Source: Bigelowiella natans CCMP2755 (lineage: Eukaryota > Protista > Cercozoa). From it: a DNA stretch of 36,925 bases. Below are positions 36,789 to 36,925 of this stretch, in pieces. Made by a program: the position numbers and the translations under genes. The first letter of the stretch is position 1. Every line of letters begins with the position of its first letter. Location: contig ADNK01000303.1 in assembly GCA_000320545.1 (NCBI GenBank), forward strand, positions 1-36,925, in the 5' to 3' direction. The notes under the pieces are model-generated. The model was not told the origin of the DNA, ran no database searches, and worked only from the letters and a program-made list of their open reading frames with translations.

Positions 36789-36877
36789 GTGAGTGTGTAT
36801 GTGCGTGTGTGTGTGAAACTTAAAATTACCGGTCAATACGATGTATGAAGCCCTTGGCCCGGTTCGCATCCACATAC
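35467..36877 (-). CDS. Dispatched-like RND/SSD membrane protein B, 3' portion only (continues beyond the window)
   Basis: Phase-consistent exons 36877-36830 (YVDANRAKGFIHRIDR), 36596-36529 (FTYSARKMAGTVFAGAITTFGSG), 36367-36275 (LPLFACQLTFFTKMGTLISGTIAFSICYSL) and 36195-36152 (GFFMSACLLFGPNGR) align colinearly with the last exon of Dispatched-like A. Terminal exon(s) near 35467-35760 are tentative. Confidence 0.85.
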
Positions 36878-36925
36878 CTAAGAAATGGGGAGTATGCAAC
36901 CTTTTGAATTCGTAAATAAATAATC

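Overview
Eukaryotic, intron-rich nuclear DNA; the ORF track mostly shows exon fragments and microsatellite artefacts. Two bipartite-looking N-terminal leaders (NTF2, GST) suggest an alga with a secondary plastid, possibly a nucleomorph-bearing lineage such as a chlorarachniophyte (inference). Manual GT-AG splicing supports ten genes: an S28 Pro-X carboxypeptidase (5'-partial, +), UDP-glucuronate decarboxylase (-), intronless NTF2 with a ~96-aa leader ending in LRGG (+), a secreted FAD flavoprotein resembling PUFA isomerases fused to a 7x99-bp Ser/Pro/Thr stalk (+), a plastid-type GST (+), a secreted 2xFN3/Cys-rich protein (-), a papain-family cathepsin (+), and three adjacent RND/sterol-sensing-domain genes: Patched/NPC1-like (-), Dispatched-like A (+), and Dispatched-like B (-), which is split into short exons and runs off the window. 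Three gene pairs are head-to-head. Degenerate CTAG/TGCA/CATG-rich repeat blocks sit downstream of gene 3' ends, and many introns carry microsatellites starting at the 5' splice site. Exon boundaries were read by eye and product calls come from recognised motifs; no database search was run.
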